Source of the DNA: an uncultured Alphaproteobacteria bacterium | GTDB lineage: Bacteria; Pseudomonadota; Alphaproteobacteria; HIMB59; GCA-002718135 | Length of the DNA: 64,000 bases | Direction: 5' to 3' | NCBI GenBank assembly: GCA_902623255.1 | Contig: CACNSY010000001.1 | Location: forward strand, 152,328-216,327 | Shown here: positions 1 through 12,399 of the stretch, piece by piece | How positions within the stretch are numbered: the stretch's first letter is position 1 | Layout of the letters: the number at the start of each line of letters is the position of its first letter | The notes under the pieces: model-generated | The model's input: only the letters and a program-made list of their open reading frames with translations | What the model was told of the DNA's origin: nothing | Databases searched by the model: none | Program-made: the position numbers and the translations under genes

Positions 1-854
1 AATAATATAAATATTATTTTTACAGTAAACCAGATTACTCCAGGAACAACATTTAATGGGTATACATCAAATGGAGGAAGCCATCCGCCTAAAAAAAGAA
101 TGACAGTCATAGAAGACATTAAAATCATACTCGCGTATTCACCTAAAAAAAATAATACAAATGAAGCAGATGAATATTCAGTAAAAAATCCTGCAACAAG
201 TGTTGATTCATCTTCAGGAAGATCAAAAGGTAATCTATTTGTTTCAGCTAATGCAGAAATAAAAAAAATAATAAACATAGGTAATAATGGAATTGCAAAC
301 CATACAGTCTGCTGAGCTAAAACTATCTTTGATAAATTTAAAGAACCTACACATAATAATACTGTAATAATTACAAATCCAATAGATACTTCATATGAAA
401 CCATTTGAGCAGCTGATCTTAATGCTCCTAGAAAAGGATATTGAGAGTTACTAGCCCATCCAGCCATTATTATTCCGTATACTCCAAGAGATGATACTGC
501 AAACAGATACATGATACCTACGTTAATATCAGAGACTACCCATCCTGGAGCAAAAGGTATTACTGCCCAACCTGCTAAGCTAAGTACCATTGTTATTATG
601 GGTGCTAAAATAAAAACAATTTTATTTGATCCACTAGGTATAATATTTTCTTTAGTAATAAGTTTTAATGCATCAGCAAAGCTTTGTAATATACCAAAAG
701 GCCCTACTATATTTGGACCTCTTCTTAATTGAATTAATGCTAAAACTTTTCTTTCAGCATAAACTAAAAAAGCTACAGATATTAAAACTGGCACAACAAC
801 AGCAAGTATTTGGGCAATTATTATTAACCCTGTAATTAATATATCATAAGTCAT
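1..854 (-). CDS. nuoH: NADH-quinone oxidoreductase subunit H (3'-truncated by window edge)
   Basis: Manual translation from ATG at 854: [65 protein letters not shown]; follows nuoG; absent from ORF track because incomplete. Confidence 0.95.
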   Translation of the reverse strand, partial: MTYDILITGLIIIAQILAVVVPVLISVAFLVYAERKVLALIQLRRGPNIVGPFGILQSFADALKLITKENIIPSGSNKIVFILAPIITMVLSLAGWAVIPFAPGWVVSDINVGIMYLFAVSSLGVYGIIMAGWASNSQYPFLGALRSAAQMVSYEVSIGFVIITVLLCVGSLNLSKIVLAQQTVWFAIPLLPMFIIFFISALAETNRLPFDLPEDESTLVAGFFTEYSSASFVLFFLGEYASMILMSSMTVILFLGGWLPPFDVYPLNVVPGVIWFTVKIIFIL

Positions 855-861
855 CTAATTA

Positions 862-2901
862 TTATGCTGCCTTATTTAAAATATCTTTAGTACATTTTGC
901 CATTGTTTCAGAAGATCTAGAAATAGAATCATTCATATAAAAATTTTCAATGTTATATTTAATTTTAATATTCTCAATTTTATTATTTTTAGCAAAAGTT
1001 ATTTCACCAATAGAATTAACTTCATTTAAGAGAGCAAATTGACCATAGGTACTTGTAAGCTCATTTCGAAGCTCCCCAAGATTATTAAAATTTAAATTTT
1101 TTTCAAATAAGTCACTTAAAACTCTAAAAATTTTCCACTCCTCTTTTGCTTCACCTATTGGATTATGACACTTAGTTGTTTGAATAACTCTACCTTCTAT
1201 ATTCATATATGTAGAACTTTTCTCAGTATATGCAGGGGTTGGTAAAATTATATCCGCTATAGATGCTGAAACATCTCCATGATGACCAAGATAAACAACA
1301 AAAGCATTTTCAAATGTTGAAAAATTTATCTCATCTAACCCCATTAAGAAAACTACAGGCTTTGTTTTATCAATATGTTTTTTTAATTGTTTATTGTAAT
1401 CATTATCAAATTTTTTATTATAAAATTTCAAATCTAATGCTCCTACTCTAGAAATATCTTGGTTAAGAATATTTAACGGATTTGTATTTTTATTTTTTTG
1501 AATTTTTTTCGCAATTAATCCTGCAGTTTCTAATATTTTTTTACCATGATCATTATTTATTGCTGAAGTACCAAGTATTATAAGTGGGTTTTTTGCAGAT
1601 TTTAAAACTTTATTGAACTCAGATTTATTATTAGATAATTTATTAAGGTAATCTAAAGAATCAGATAAATGATGATAATCGTAAGTAAGATCTAATTTAG
1701 GACCTATAAGACCAATTTTGCAGTTATTTTCAATATATGCCTTTCTAATTCTAGCGTTTAGTACCGCTGCTTCCCATCTAGGGTTTGATCCAATTAAAAG
1801 AATAGTATCAGCCTTTTCAATTTCTTGAATTGTTGAATTAAATTTATAACTTGAAGATGAATTATCGATAATTTGTGTATTATCAAATCTGCAATCATAG
1901 TTTTTTGATTTTAGTGAATTACTAAATTTTTGTGCAGAATATAAAGTTTCAATATCGGTAAACTTACCAGATAGGAATACAGTATTTTCTTTACCTCTTT
2001 TTGTAATTTCTTTTTTTATTAATTCAAATGCATTATCCCATGAAGATTTTTGGAGTTTTTTATTTGATTTAGAATATACATTATCCAATCTTTGACTTGA
2101 GAGTCCGTCAACTGCAAATCTAGATTTATCACTTATCCATTCTTCATTGGTTTCTTCATTTATTCTAGGAAGAGCTCTTAAAACTTTTTTTCCTCTTGTA
2201 TCAATCCTTATACTTGAACCTATACCATCGAACACATCAAATGTTTCTGTCTTGGTTAGCTCCCATGGTCTAGATTTAAATGCATATGGTTTACTTGTTA
2301 AAGCACCTACGGGGCATAAATCAATTACATTTCCAGATAATTCTGACTCAATAGTTTTTTCTAAGTACGTCGTGATCTCAGCATTTTCACCTCTGCCAAG
2401 TAAGCCTATATCATCAACACCCGCAACTTCTGTAGAAAACCTTACGCATCTTGTACAATGTATACATCTTGTCATAATTGTTTTGACAAGTGGTCCCATA
2501 TTTTTATTTTGAACTGCTCTTTTGTTTTCTTCATATCTAGTTTTATCAAAACCATAATACATCGCTTGATCTTGAAGATCACATTCTCCTCCTTGATCAC
2601 AAATAGGGCAATCCAATGGATGATTAATGAGAAGAAACTCCATTACACCTTTTCGAGCTTTTTTAACTGTTTCTGTTTTTGTTTTTATAACCATTCCATC
2701 TGCTGCTGGCATGGCACATGATGCAATAGGTTTTGGAGCTTTTTCCATTTCTACTAAACACATTCTACAATTTCCTGCTATTGAGAGTTTTTCATGATAA
2801 CAAAATCTTGGAATTTCTGTTCCTGCTTGTTCACAAGCTTGCATTACGGTCATGCCGTTTTCAAATTCGTATTCTTTATTATCAATTGTTATCTTTGGCA
2901 C
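862..2901 (-). CDS. nuoG: NADH-quinone oxidoreductase subunit G
   Basis: IPRFCYHEKLSIAGNCRMCLVE, HPLDCPICDQGGECDLQ, CIHCTRCVRF Fe-S motifs. Confidence 0.98.
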   Translation of the reverse strand: MPKITIDNKEYEFENGMTVMQACEQAGTEIPRFCYHEKLSIAGNCRMCLVEMEKAPKPIASCAMPAADGMVIKTKTETVKKARKGVMEFLLINHPLDCPICDQGGECDLQDQAMYYGFDKTRYEENKRAVQNKNMGPLVKTIMTRCIHCTRCVRFSTEVAGVDDIGLLGRGENAEITTYLEKTIESELSGNVIDLCPVGALTSKPYAFKSRPWELTKTETFDVFDGIGSSIRIDTRGKKVLRALPRINEETNEEWISDKSRFAVDGLSSQRLDNVYSKSNKKLQKSSWDNAFELIKKEITKRGKENTVFLSGKFTDIETLYSAQKFSNSLKSKNYDCRFDNTQIIDNSSSSYKFNSTIQEIEKADTILLIGSNPRWEAAVLNARIRKAYIENNCKIGLIGPKLDLTYDYHHLSDSLDYLNKLSNNKSEFNKVLKSAKNPLIILGTSAINNDHGKKILETAGLIAKKIQKNKNTNPLNILNQDISRVGALDLKFYNKKFDNDYNKQLKKHIDKTKPVVFLMGLDEINFSTFENAFVVYLGHHGDVSASIADIILPTPAYTEKSSTYMNIEGRVIQTTKCHNPIGEAKEEWKIFRVLSDLFEKNLNFNNLGELRNELTSTYGQFALLNEVNSIGEITFAKNNKIENIKIKYNIENFYMNDSISRSSETMAKCTKDILNKAA

Positions 2902-4175
2902 TAGGCTACTCTTTTATTTCTTTCTTGAATTCTTTTTTCAATTTCAGGTCTAAAGTGTCTAAACAAACCTTGAATAGGCCAAGCAGCGGCATCACCTAAT
3001 GCACAAATAGTATGACCTTCAATTTGCTTAGTCACATCTAAAATTTTATCAATATCTTGATGTTCAACATTTCCATGAACCATTTTTTCCATCATTCTGT
3101 ACATCCATCCAGTACCTTCTCTGCAAGGTGTACATTGACCGCAGCTTTCATGTTTATAAAAATGTGATAATCTAGCTATTGCTTCAACAATATCTGTTGA
3201 TTTATTCATTACAATAACAGCAGCAGTTCCTAATCCACTTTGAACTTCTTTTAGGCTATCAAAATCCATTTTAACTGTATCGCAAATAGACTTAGGTAAT
3301 AAAGGCACACTTGCACCTCCAGGAATTACAGCTAATAAATTTTCCCAACCACCAATTACACCTCCTGCATGTTTTTCAATCAGTTCTTTTAATGGTATCC
3401 CCATTTCCTCTTCTACATTGCATGGGTTATTAACATGTCCTGAAATACTAAAAATTTTTGTACCTGTATTGTTGGCACTTCCTAAATCAGCGAACCATTT
3501 TGAACCACGTCTTAAAATAGTTGGTGCAACGGCAACTGTTTCAACATTTGTAACTGTTGTTGGACATCCATATAAACCTGCACCAGCGGGAAACGGAGGT
3601 TTTAATCGAGGTTGGCCTTTTTTACCCTCTAAACTTTCAAGTAAAGCAGTTTCTTCACCACAAATATATGCTCCTGCTCCTCTGTGAAGATAAATATCAA
3701 AATCCCACCCTGTACCACATGCATTTTTACCAATTAAATTATTTGCGTAGGCTTCATCTATTGCTTTTTGTAAATTAGAAGATTCAGAATAATATTCACC
3801 CCTTATATAAATATAACAAGTATGTGCATGCATAGCAAAGGCAGCAACTAAACAACCTTCTAAAAGAAGATGTGGGTCGTTTCTCATAATCTCTCGATCT
3901 TTACATGTGCCTGGCTCTGACTCATCTGCATTAACAACTAGGTAATGATCTTTTCCAGAGTCTTTTGGCATAAATGACCACTTAAGTCCCGCAGGGAAAC
4001 CTGCTCCTCCCCTTCCTCTTAATTGACTATTTTTAATTTCCTCAACAATTTTTTCGCTACCCATTTTAATAAGTTCTTTAGTATTTGACCAAATACCTCT
4101 TTTTTTGGCACCATCTAATTTCCAGTCTTCAAAACCGTATAAATTTTTAAAAATTTTATCTTTTTCCCTAAGCAT
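2901..4175 (-). CDS. nuoF: NADH-quinone oxidoreductase subunit F
   Basis: [35 protein letters not shown]; probable start MLREKDKIF at 4175. Confidence 0.98.
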   Translation of the reverse strand: MLREKDKIFKNLYGFEDWKLDGAKKRGIWSNTKELIKMGSEKIVEEIKNSQLRGRGGAGFPAGLKWSFMPKDSGKDHYLVVNADESEPGTCKDREIMRNDPHLLLEGCLVAAFAMHAHTCYIYIRGEYYSESSNLQKAIDEAYANNLIGKNACGTGWDFDIYLHRGAGAYICGEETALLESLEGKKGQPRLKPPFPAGAGLYGCPTTVTNVETVAVAPTILRRGSKWFADLGSANNTGTKIFSISGHVNNPCNVEEEMGIPLKELIEKHAGGVIGGWENLLAVIPGGASVPLLPKSICDTVKMDFDSLKEVQSGLGTAAVIVMNKSTDIVEAIARLSHFYKHESCGQCTPCREGTGWMYRMMEKMVHGNVEHQDIDKILDVTKQIEGHTICALGDAAAWPIQGLFRHFRPEIEKRIQERNKRVA

Positions 4176-4767
4176 CAAATTTTCTTTCAGGTTGTGATGA
4201 TTTTCTACCAATTTGTGAACCTACTTTTATTGATTTATTATCTTTTAAATCTTGAAGTATTTTTTTAAAACTCTCTTCATCTAAATCTTCATAATAATCA
4301 TCATTGATCTGGACCATAGGAGCATTGCAACATGCACCTAAGCATTCAACTTCAACAACTGTAAATATTCCATCATCACTTGTCTCGCCAATATTAGTTT
4401 CACAAACTTCTTGTGCAACCTTAGACAGTTTATCACTCCCTCTTAGCCAACAAGGTGTCGTTCTACAAATTTGTACAAAATTTTTACCAATAGGTTCTAA
4501 ATTAAACATCGAATAAAAAGTGGCAACTTCTAACACCCTTATATAAGACATACTTAGAGTTTCAGCTACTTTTTCCATTGAGTTTTTACTTAGCCATCCA
4601 TTATTTTGTCTTTGTGCTAAATCAAGTAAAGGAATAACTGCGCTTTGAATACGGTTTGATGGATATTTTTTTATTATTTCAGAAATTTTTCTAAAATTTT
4701 CTGATGACCATTCAAAATTATCATTAATTTTTTTATATACTTTATTATTTGAACCAGGATGATGCAT
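4168..4767 (-). CDS. nuoE: NADH-quinone oxidoreductase subunit E
   Basis: [29 protein letters not shown] 2Fe-2S motifs. Confidence 0.97.
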   Translation of the reverse strand: MHHPGSNNKVYKKINDNFEWSSENFRKISEIIKKYPSNRIQSAVIPLLDLAQRQNNGWLSKNSMEKVAETLSMSYIRVLEVATFYSMFNLEPIGKNFVQICRTTPCWLRGSDKLSKVAQEVCETNIGETSDDGIFTVVEVECLGACCNAPMVQINDDYYEDLDEESFKKILQDLKDNKSIKVGSQIGRKSSQPERKFDA

Positions 4768-5945
4768 TATCTATCTATCTCTCCAAAAACAATATCTAAG
4801 CTACCTAGTATAGCGGCTATGTCAGCCATTAAGTGGCCTTTAGATAAATGATCCAATGTTTGAAGGTGTGCAAAACCTGGTGCTCTTATTTTACATCTAT
4901 ATGGTTTACTAGATCCATCAGAAACAAGGTAAACGCCAAATTCACCCTTTGGAGCTTCTACTGCACTATAAACTTGACCAGCGGGAACACGGTAACCTTC
5001 AGTGAAAAGTTTAAAATGATGAATTAAAGCTTCCATTGATTTTTTCATTTGATTTCTTTTAGGAGGTGTAATTTTATTATCCTCAATTGATATTGGACCT
5101 GGTTTGATTTTATTTAAACATTGGTTAATAATACTAATGCTTTGTCTCATTTCCTCTATGCGAACCAAATATCGATCAAAACAATCACCCTTTTTTCCAA
5201 CAGGAACTTCAAAATCAACTTGATCATAGGCGTCATAAGGTTGAGATCTTCTTAAATCCCATGCTACACCTGCACTTCTTAATACAGGACCAGAACACCC
5301 CCATTCAATTGCTTCGGACTTTGAAATTATTCCTATATCAACTGATCTTTGTCTTAAAATTCTGTTATTAGTAAGCAAGCTTTCAAGATCATCAATAAAT
5401 TTTGGAAGAGTTTTAAAATGGTCAAATAATTTTTCTTCCATTCCTTCTGGCATATCCTGATGAACGCCGCCAGGTCTAAAATAGGCTGCATGAAATCTTG
5501 CTCCAGATACTGCTTCATGAAACTCCAAAAGCTTTTCCCTTTCTTCAAAACACCATAAAAAAGGTGTCACTGCACCAATGTCAGCAGCATAGGCAGGTAT
5601 ATTTAATAAATGATTTAGTATTCTAGTAATTTCGGCAAAAATAACCCGAATATATTTAGCTCTTTCAGGAACATTGATACCTAGGAGATTTTCAGTTGCC
5701 AATGCAAAAGCATGTTCTTGACACATTGGTGAAACGTAATCAAGTCTATCAAAATAAGGGACAGCCTGAAGATAAGTTTTATATTCAATTAATTTTTCTG
5801 TCCCCCTATGTAACAATCCGATGTGTGGTTCTGCTCTTTGAACTACTTCACCTTCAAGCTCAACTACTAAACGTAAAACACCATGCGCAGCTGGATGTTG
5901 AGGGCCAAAGTTAATTGTAGTTGTATTAAGCTCTACTTCTTTCAT
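4767..5945 (-). CDS. nuoD: NADH-quinone oxidoreductase subunit D
   Basis: [27 protein letters not shown]-terminal DIVFGEIDR. Confidence 0.98.
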   Translation of the reverse strand: MKEVELNTTTINFGPQHPAAHGVLRLVVELEGEVVQRAEPHIGLLHRGTEKLIEYKTYLQAVPYFDRLDYVSPMCQEHAFALATENLLGINVPERAKYIRVIFAEITRILNHLLNIPAYAADIGAVTPFLWCFEEREKLLEFHEAVSGARFHAAYFRPGGVHQDMPEGMEEKLFDHFKTLPKFIDDLESLLTNNRILRQRSVDIGIISKSEAIEWGCSGPVLRSAGVAWDLRRSQPYDAYDQVDFEVPVGKKGDCFDRYLVRIEEMRQSISIINQCLNKIKPGPISIEDNKITPPKRNQMKKSMEALIHHFKLFTEGYRVPAGQVYSAVEAPKGEFGVYLVSDGSSKPYRCKIRAPGFAHLQTLDHLSKGHLMADIAAILGSLDIVFGEIDR

Positions 5946-6527
5946 TTAATTTTCACCAGTAGATTTCTCATCACCAAAAAGTTTGTTTTCCATTCCTTCC
6001 CAAGGAGATTCACTATCGAAATTTCTAAATTCTTGAGTTAACTTAACAGGCTCATATATTACTTTTTTTTCAAGGTCATCGTAGCGAACTTCTGTATGTC
6101 CTGTTAAAGGAAAATCTTTGCGCAACGGATAACCTTCAAAATTGTAATCCGTCATTATTCTTCTTAAATCAGGATGGTTAATAAATTCAATTCCAAATAA
6201 ATCATAGCATTCTCTTTCATACCAATCTGCAGATTTGTGAATATTGGTTATTGATTCTATGTTTTCGTTTTCTTTAATGAAAGTTTTAAGAATAATTTTT
6301 TTATTTTTTGTTAAACTTTGCAAAATATAAATCAAATCAAATCTAAATTCTCTTGAAGGATAATCAACAGCTGTAATATCTAATAATTGATTAAAATTAA
6401 ACTCATTGTTATCTTTTAATTCAGTAAAAATTTTTATAATGTTATGTTTTTCAAATTCTATTTCCAACAGATTATTATTCTCTAAAACATCATTTATGCC
6501 ATCTATTTTAGTAAGAATTTTAATCAT
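5946..6527 (-). CDS. nuoC: NADH-quinone oxidoreductase subunit C
   Basis: ADWYERECYDLFG, HPDLRRIMTDY..GYPLRKDFPL. Confidence 0.97.
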   Translation of the reverse strand: MIKILTKIDGINDVLENNNLLEIEFEKHNIIKIFTELKDNNEFNFNQLLDITAVDYPSREFRFDLIYILQSLTKNKKIILKTFIKENENIESITNIHKSADWYERECYDLFGIEFINHPDLRRIMTDYNFEGYPLRKDFPLTGHTEVRYDDLEKKVIYEPVKLTQEFRNFDSESPWEGMENKLFGDEKSTGEN

Positions 6528-6533
6528 ATAAAA

Positions 6534-7046
6534 TTATCTTTTAAATTTATTTTCTCTTCTAATTTTTTTCTGTAATTGCAATATGCCGTAAACTAATGCT
6601 TCTGCTGTTGGGGGGCATCCTGGAACGTAAACATCAACGGGGACGATCCTGTCACAACCTCTAACTACTGAATACGAGTAGTGATAATATCCGCCACCAT
6701 TTGCACATGAACCCATTGATATTACCCACCGAGGTTCTGGCATTTGATCATAAACTTTTCTTAAAGCTGGTGCCATTTTATTTGTTAATGTGCCAGCAAC
6801 AATCATTACATCAGATTGTCTAGGGCTACCTCTTGGTATGACTCCATAACGATCTAGATCATATCTTGCCATGTAAGAATGGATCATTTCTACTCCACAA
6901 CATGCCAATCCGAATGTCATTGGCCATAAGGAACCAGTTCTAGCCCAAGTAAGAATTTTATCGTAGCTAGCCACTAAGAAACCTTTAGAGGATAATTCTG
7001 TATTTAGAGTGTCATCAACAATTTTTTTTGCTTCATCTACTCCCAT
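6534..7046 (-). CDS. nuoB: NADH-quinone oxidoreductase subunit B
   Basis: [31 protein letters not shown]; probable start MGVDE at 7046. Confidence 0.97.
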   Translation of the reverse strand: MGVDEAKKIVDDTLNTELSSKGFLVASYDKILTWARTGSLWPMTFGLACCGVEMIHSYMARYDLDRYGVIPRGSPRQSDVMIVAGTLTNKMAPALRKVYDQMPEPRWVISMGSCANGGGYYHYSYSVVRGCDRIVPVDVYVPGCPPTAEALVYGILQLQKKIRRENKFKR

Positions 7047-7402
7047 TCTAAAGCTCCTTTTTTCCATTCATAAATAAAACCAATAGTTAAAACAGTTAGA
7101 AAAATCATCATTGACCAAAAACCAAACAATCCAATTTTACCAAGTGTTATTGCCCATGGAAACAAGAAAGCAACTTCTAAATCAAAGATAATAAATAAGA
7201 TTGCTACTAAATAAAATCTTACGTCAAATCTTCCACGAGCGTCGTCAAAAGCCTCAAATCCACACTCATAAGCAGATAATTTTTCTTGATCTGGCTGAGA
7301 GTCTCCAACTACAAAAGATAATAAAGTCATTCCAAAAGCCAATGCTAAAGCTATAAATATAAAAATTAATATTGGTAAATATTCAAATAGAAACTCTGAC
7401 AC
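7037..7402 (-). CDS. nuoA: NADH-quinone oxidoreductase subunit A
   Basis: [30 protein letters not shown]; GTG start. Confidence 0.97.
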   Translation of the reverse strand: MSEFLFEYLPILIFIFIALALAFGMTLLSFVVGDSQPDQEKLSAYECGFEAFDDARGRFDVRFYLVAILFIIFDLEVAFLFPWAITLGKIGLFGFWSMMIFLTVLTIGFIYEWKKGALEWE

Positions 7403-7502
7403 TATAATCTCACAAATAAATTAGTAATGTATTTAACGATTTATTCAACAATAACAACGTGTCTCGTTGCGACTTTAGTACACAAAAAAACACTGAAATA
7501 AG

Positions 7503-7579
7503 TGGCGCGAGAGACGGGATTCGAACCCGCGGCCTCTGCCGTGACAGGGCAGCGTTCTAACCAGCTGAACTACTCCCGC
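7503..7579 (-). tRNA. tRNA-Asp(GTC)
   Basis: Reverse complement GCGGGAGTAGTTCAGCTGGTTAGAACGCTGCCCTGTCACGGCAGAGGCCGCGGGTTCGAATCCCGTCTCTCGCGCCA, cloverleaf with CCA. Confidence 0.97.
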
Positions 7580-7582
7580 GCA

Positions 7583-7658
7583 TGGTGGGTGTTGAGAGAC
7601 TTGAACTCCCGACCCTCTCGGTGTAAACGAGATGCTCTACCAACTGAGCTAAACACCC
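7583..7658 (-). tRNA. tRNA-Val(TAC)
   Basis: Reverse complement GGGTGTTTAGCTCAGTTGGTAGAGCATCTCGTTTACACCGAGAGGGTCGGGAGTTCAAGTCTCTCAACACCCACCA. Confidence 0.97.
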
Positions 7659-7659
7659 A

Positions 7660-7693
7660 AATAAAAGCGGCTGTTAAATTCATTTAACAGCCG
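7660..7693 (-). terminator. Intrinsic terminator after hupB
   Basis: Inverted repeat CGGCTGTTAAAT/ATTTAACAGCCG followed by T-rich run on minus strand. Confidence 0.65.
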
Positions 7694-7710
7694 GTGCAAG
7701 AAAAAAATAA

Positions 7711-7986
7711 TTAATTATTTACTGAGTCTTTAAGAGCTTTTCCCACAGTAAATTTAGGTCTCTTAGATGCTGGGATTTGGATTGATTCTCCTGTTCTAGG
7801 ATTTCTACCAGTAGTTGCTTTTCTATGACTAACACTAAAATTACCAAATCCAACAATACTAACCTTTTCATCTCTTTTCAAAGCGTTAGTTATTGAATCC
7901 AAAAAGCTTTCAATTGCTCGAGTTGCGTCAGATTTAGATAGTCCAGCGGAAGAAGCTACAGATGCGATAAGATCATTTTTGTTCAC
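7711..7986 (-). CDS. hupB: DNA-binding protein HU
   Basis: MNKNDLI, GFGNF, GRNPRTGESIQIPA; downstream of lon. Confidence 0.95.
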   Translation of the reverse strand: MNKNDLIASVASSAGLSKSDATRAIESFLDSITNALKRDEKVSIVGFGNFSVSHRKATTGRNPRTGESIQIPASKRPKFTVGKALKDSVNN

Positions 7987-8122
7987 TTTTATTCTCCTTT
8001 AATAAATTTTCTAGATAATTATTTGTTTTATGAACAAGTCAACAATATTATAAAATTTTTCGCAGAAATAAGGGAATTTGACAATAAAATGGCTTAATAG
8101 CTGATTTTTTTAAATTAAAATA

Positions 8123-10489
8123 TTAGTGAGTACTAGTGGTGTTTTGATTATTTTTTAATTGAGATTCGCTTAAATTTAATGGAATAATGGGCTTTGTTAA
8201 AGTGTGTTCAAGAATTGAGAATGCATCAGAAACAGCAATAATTTTTATACCTTTTATAACTTCCTTATCAAACTCTGCAATTTCCCTAAAGTTTTCATGA
8301 GGAATAAGAATTTTTTTAATCCCTGCTCTACTAGCTGCATATATTTTTTCTTTCAAACCACCAATTGGTAAAACTCTACCTCTCAGTGTAATTTCTCCAG
8401 TCATTGCAACATCTCTTTTGATTTTGTTGTTTGTTAAAGATGAAACTAATGAATTAAAAATAGCTATACCTGCACTAGGTCCATCTTTTGGAGTAGCGCC
8501 CTCAGGTACATGGATGTGGATATCATAATTCTCAAAGTCTCTAGGATTAATTCCAAGAGTTACCGATTTTGATTTAACATATGAAGTTGCAGCCTGAATG
8601 GATTCTCTCATAACTTCACCTAATTTACCTGTTATTGTAAGTTTACCTTTACCGATTGATAAAATAACCTCAACTGACAGAATTTCTCCCCCGACCTCCG
8701 TCCAAGCTAAACCATTAGTTACTCCTACTAAATTTCTTTTTTCAATTTCACTTGTTCTAAATTTTGAAATGCCTAGAAATTCTTGTAAAGATTTCTCATT
8801 TAATTTAATTTTTTTTAATCTCGTTGTCTCTAATTTTTTAACTGCTTTTCTACATACTTTAGATATTTCTTTTTCAAGATTTCTCACTCCAGCTTCTTTA
8901 GTATAATTTCTGATAATCAAACTCAAAACCCTAGAGTTAAATGTTATTTCAGAATTTTTAATTCCATGGTTTTTAATTTGCTTTGGTAACAAATATTTTT
9001 TTGCAATTTGATTTTTTTCTTTTTCAGTATAACCTGGTATTCTTATTACTTCCATTCTATCTAAAAGTGCAGGCGGTATATTTAATGTGTTAGCAGTACA
9101 TACAAACATTACATCAGATAGATCATAATCCAATTCTAAATAATGATCATTAAATTTACTATTTTGTTCAGGGTCAAGAACTTCTAACAAAGCAGAGGAT
9201 GGATCTCCTCTCCAATCAGATCCCAACTTATCAATTTCATCTAATAAAATTAATGGGTTAGAAGATTTTGATTTTTTCATAGCTTGTATAAATCTACCTG
9301 GCATAGAGCCTATATATGTTCTTCTATGACCTCTAATTTCAGCTTCGTCCCTTACACCCCCCAATGACATTCTTACAAAACTTCTGCCAGTTGAATTTGC
9401 AATTGATTTACCTAGGGATGTTTTTCCAACACCGGGAGGACCAACTAAACATAATATAGGTCCTTTAAGTTTATCAGTTCTTTTTTGAACAGCTAAATAT
9501 TCAAGAATTCTCTCTTTTACTTTCTCTAAACCATAATGATCATTTTCTAAAATCGTTGAAGCTTTATTAATATTTTTTGAAATTTGATCTGGATTATTCC
9601 AGGGTATAGACATAACCCAATCCAGATAATTCCTAATTACAGTTGCTTCTGCTGACATAGCGCTCATATTTTTTAATTTTTTAATTTCAGATGCACATTT
9701 ATCCTTGGCCTCTTTAGAAAAGTTATACTGATTTATTTTTTTTTCTAATTCTGCAATTTCATCTACGTCATCATTTTCACCCAATTCTTTTTGAATCGCC
9801 TTCATTTGTTCATTTAAATAATATTCCTTTTGAGTTTTCTCCATTTGCCTTTTTACACGGCCTTTAATTTTTTTTTCAACTTGGAATGAATCAATTTCTG
9901 AAACAAGATGACCATAGGTTTTATTTAATCTATCTTCTGTATTTATGATTTCTAAAATTTCTTGTTTTTGAGATATAGATATTGAAATATTTGATGCAAT
10001 TATATCAACTATTTTATCAGGATCAGTAATAGATTTAACATTGTTTATGATATCAAGTGAAACTTTTTTATTAATCTTTTGAAACTCGGTAAATTGCTCA
10101 ATAATGAGCTTTTGTAGAGCTCTTATATTAGAATTTTTTTTTGTTTTATAATTAATTTCACTAATGGAAGCAGAAATAAAATCTTTGTTAAAATTTATTT
10201 TTTCAACTTTTGCTCTGTGTATACCTTCCACTAATACTTTAAGTGTTCCATCAGGGAGTTTAAGCAATTGAATTACTTTAGCAACCGTACCAAAAGAATA
10301 TAGATTATCTTTATTAGGATTATCTATTTTTGAATTTTTTTGTGATATTAAAAAAATCTTTTTATCAGTAGTCATTACATTATTAAGTGCATTAACTGAT
10401 TGATCTCTGCCAACAAAAAGTGGGGCAATCATATTAGGAAAAACTACAATATCTCTTAAGGGAAGAACGGGTATAGTATTTTTTACCAT
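8123..10489 (-). CDS. lon: Lon protease
   Basis: LPLRDIVVFP, GPPGVGKTS, PKDGPSAG catalytic Ser, GGLKEK. Confidence 0.98.
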   Translation of the reverse strand: MVKNTIPVLPLRDIVVFPNMIAPLFVGRDQSVNALNNVMTTDKKIFLISQKNSKIDNPNKDNLYSFGTVAKVIQLLKLPDGTLKVLVEGIHRAKVEKINFNKDFISASISEINYKTKKNSNIRALQKLIIEQFTEFQKINKKVSLDIINNVKSITDPDKIVDIIASNISISISQKQEILEIINTEDRLNKTYGHLVSEIDSFQVEKKIKGRVKRQMEKTQKEYYLNEQMKAIQKELGENDDVDEIAELEKKINQYNFSKEAKDKCASEIKKLKNMSAMSAEATVIRNYLDWVMSIPWNNPDQISKNINKASTILENDHYGLEKVKERILEYLAVQKRTDKLKGPILCLVGPPGVGKTSLGKSIANSTGRSFVRMSLGGVRDEAEIRGHRRTYIGSMPGRFIQAMKKSKSSNPLILLDEIDKLGSDWRGDPSSALLEVLDPEQNSKFNDHYLELDYDLSDVMFVCTANTLNIPPALLDRMEVIRIPGYTEKEKNQIAKKYLLPKQIKNHGIKNSEITFNSRVLSLIIRNYTKEAGVRNLEKEISKVCRKAVKKLETTRLKKIKLNEKSLQEFLGISKFRTSEIEKRNLVGVTNGLAWTEVGGEILSVEVILSIGKGKLTITGKLGEVMRESIQAATSYVKSKSVTLGINPRDFENYDIHIHVPEGATPKDGPSAGIAIFNSLVSSLTNNKIKRDVAMTGEITLRGRVLPIGGLKEKIYAASRAGIKKILIPHENFREIAEFDKEVIKGIKIIAVSDAFSILEHTLTKPIIPLNLSESQLKNNQNTTSTH

Positions 10490-10519
10490 TTATTATAAAT
10501 GTTCATATAATATTTAAAA

Positions 10520-11788
10520 TCAAGAGTTATTAGACATTAATTTTTGATTATTTTCTTTATTTGAATAAATTAAAATAGGGTCAGATTTTTTTGCAATTAC
10601 ATCTTTGTTTATAACAACTTTATATAAATCTTTTTGATCAGGAACTTTGTACATAAGTTCCATTAGTGAATCTTCAATAATTGATCTCAAACCTCTTGCG
10701 CCAGTATTTTGAACAACTGCTAACTTAGCAATTTCCTTTAATGCATCTTCTTTGATTTCTAACTTGACCCCATCCATTTTCAAAAGAGCCTCAAATTGCT
10801 TAACTATAGCATTTTTTGGTTGAGTCATAATTCTTATCAACATATCTTCATCTAATTCATTTAAAGTAGTTATCACTGGAAGCCTTCCAATAAATTCTGG
10901 TATCATACCAAATTTGAGCAGATCTTGATTTTCAAGTTTTTTAAGTGCCTCACCAATAGTCTTCTTTTTTGGATCAGTGTCTAATTTAGAATTAAATCCT
11001 ATTGCAGTACCTTTTAATCTATAATTTATAATTTCCTCTAGGCCTGAAAAAGCGCCTCCACATATAAAAAGTATATTAGATGTATCTACTTGCAAAAATT
11101 CTTGCTGAGGATGCTTTCTTCCACCCTGTGGAGGGACACTTGCAATTGTACCCTCCATAATTTTTAGTAATGCTTGTTGAACACCCTCTCCTGAAACATC
11201 TCTTGTAATAGAAGGGTTGTCACTTTTTCTTCCTATTTTATCAATCTCATCTATATAAACTATTCCTTTTTGAGCCCTTTCCACATTGTATTCGGAGGCC
11301 TGTAGCAATTTAAGAATAATATTTTCTACATCTTCACCAACATAGCCTGCCTCAGTTAAACTAGTTGCATCTGCTACAGTAAAAGGAACGTCTAAAATTT
11401 TAGCTAAAGTTTGAGCAAGTAATGTTTTTCCTGTACCAGTAGGCCCAACCAAAAGAATATTTGATTTTGATATCTCAACACTTTCATTTTCTGATTTAGA
11501 CGAAAGTCTTTTATAGTGATTATAAACAGCTACAGAAAGAATTTTTTTAGAATCTTTTTGACCAATAACATAATCATTTAAAAATTTATTTATTTCTGAA
11601 GGTTTCGGAATATCTTTTTTTATTTTAAATTTATTATTCTTATTGTCTTCTTTTATAATATCCATGCATAATTCAACACATTCATCACAAACGAAAACTG
11701 TTGGTCCTGCAATTAATTTTTTTACTTCTTTCTGATTTTTTCCGCAAAAAGAGCAAAATAATGAATCTTTATCATTTTTTTTATTCAT
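10520..11788 (-). CDS. clpX: ClpX ATPase
   Basis: CSFCGK..CDEC zinc finger, [21 protein letters not shown] loop. Confidence 0.98.
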   Translation of the reverse strand: MNKKNDKDSLFCSFCGKNQKEVKKLIAGPTVFVCDECVELCMDIIKEDNKNNKFKIKKDIPKPSEINKFLNDYVIGQKDSKKILSVAVYNHYKRLSSKSENESVEISKSNILLVGPTGTGKTLLAQTLAKILDVPFTVADATSLTEAGYVGEDVENIILKLLQASEYNVERAQKGIVYIDEIDKIGRKSDNPSITRDVSGEGVQQALLKIMEGTIASVPPQGGRKHPQQEFLQVDTSNILFICGGAFSGLEEIINYRLKGTAIGFNSKLDTDPKKKTIGEALKKLENQDLLKFGMIPEFIGRLPVITTLNELDEDMLIRIMTQPKNAIVKQFEALLKMDGVKLEIKEDALKEIAKLAVVQNTGARGLRSIIEDSLMELMYKVPDQKDLYKVVINKDVIAKKSDPILIYSNKENNQKLMSNNS

Positions 11789-12399
11789 TATTTCCTACCT
11801 TTTACAACTTTGTCAATAAGTCCAAATTTAATAGCTTCATCAGCGGAGAAATACTTATCTCTTTCCATTATACTTGATATTTCTGAAATTTTTTTTCCGG
11901 TATGTTTTGAATAAATTTCATTTAATTTTGACTTTGTTTTTTTTATCTCGTTAGTTTGTATTTCAATATCTGTTACTTGACCTTGATAACCCCCACTAGG
12001 TTGATGAACCATTATCCTTGAATTAGGTAAAGAAAATCTCATACCTTTTTCCCCAGCAGTTAAGAGAAGTGAGCCAGCAGAAGCAGCTTGGCCAATACAA
12101 ATAGTCATAATTTTTGAAGAAACGTATTGCATTGTATCATAAATAGCCAATCCTGACCAAACGATACCACCCGGTGAATTAATATAAAATGAAATTTCTT
12201 TTTTGGGATTTTCAGACTCTAGAAATAATATTTGAGCACATATTAAACTCGCAATATTATCATCAATAGGACCAGTCAGAAAAATTATTCTTTCTTTTAA
12301 TAAGCGTGAATAAATATCATAAGATCTTTCGCCCCTAGATGATTGTTCAACAACCATTGGAATTAAGTTATTAGAAATATTATCTATTGGATCTTTCAT
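11788..12399 (-). CDS. clpP: ClpP protease
   Basis: [32 protein letters not shown]. Confidence 0.98.
   Translation of the reverse strand: MKDPIDNISNNLIPMVVEQSSRGERSYDIYSRLLKERIIFLTGPIDDNIASLICAQILFLESENPKKEISFYINSPGGIVWSGLAIYDTMQYVSSKIMTICIGQAASAGSLLLTAGEKGMRFSLPNSRIMVHQPSGGYQGQVTDIEIQTNEIKKTKSKLNEIYSKHTGKKISEISSIMERDKYFSADEAIKFGLIDKVVKGRK

Noticed and set aside
100-5914. Many short ORFs overlapping nuo genes (also in lon, tig, parE, glpK, hisD, clpA)
   Set aside because: Shadow or alternate-frame ORFs of well-conserved genes
7502-7687. 61-aa plus-strand ORF
   Set aside because: Antisense reading of tRNA-Asp and tRNA-Val
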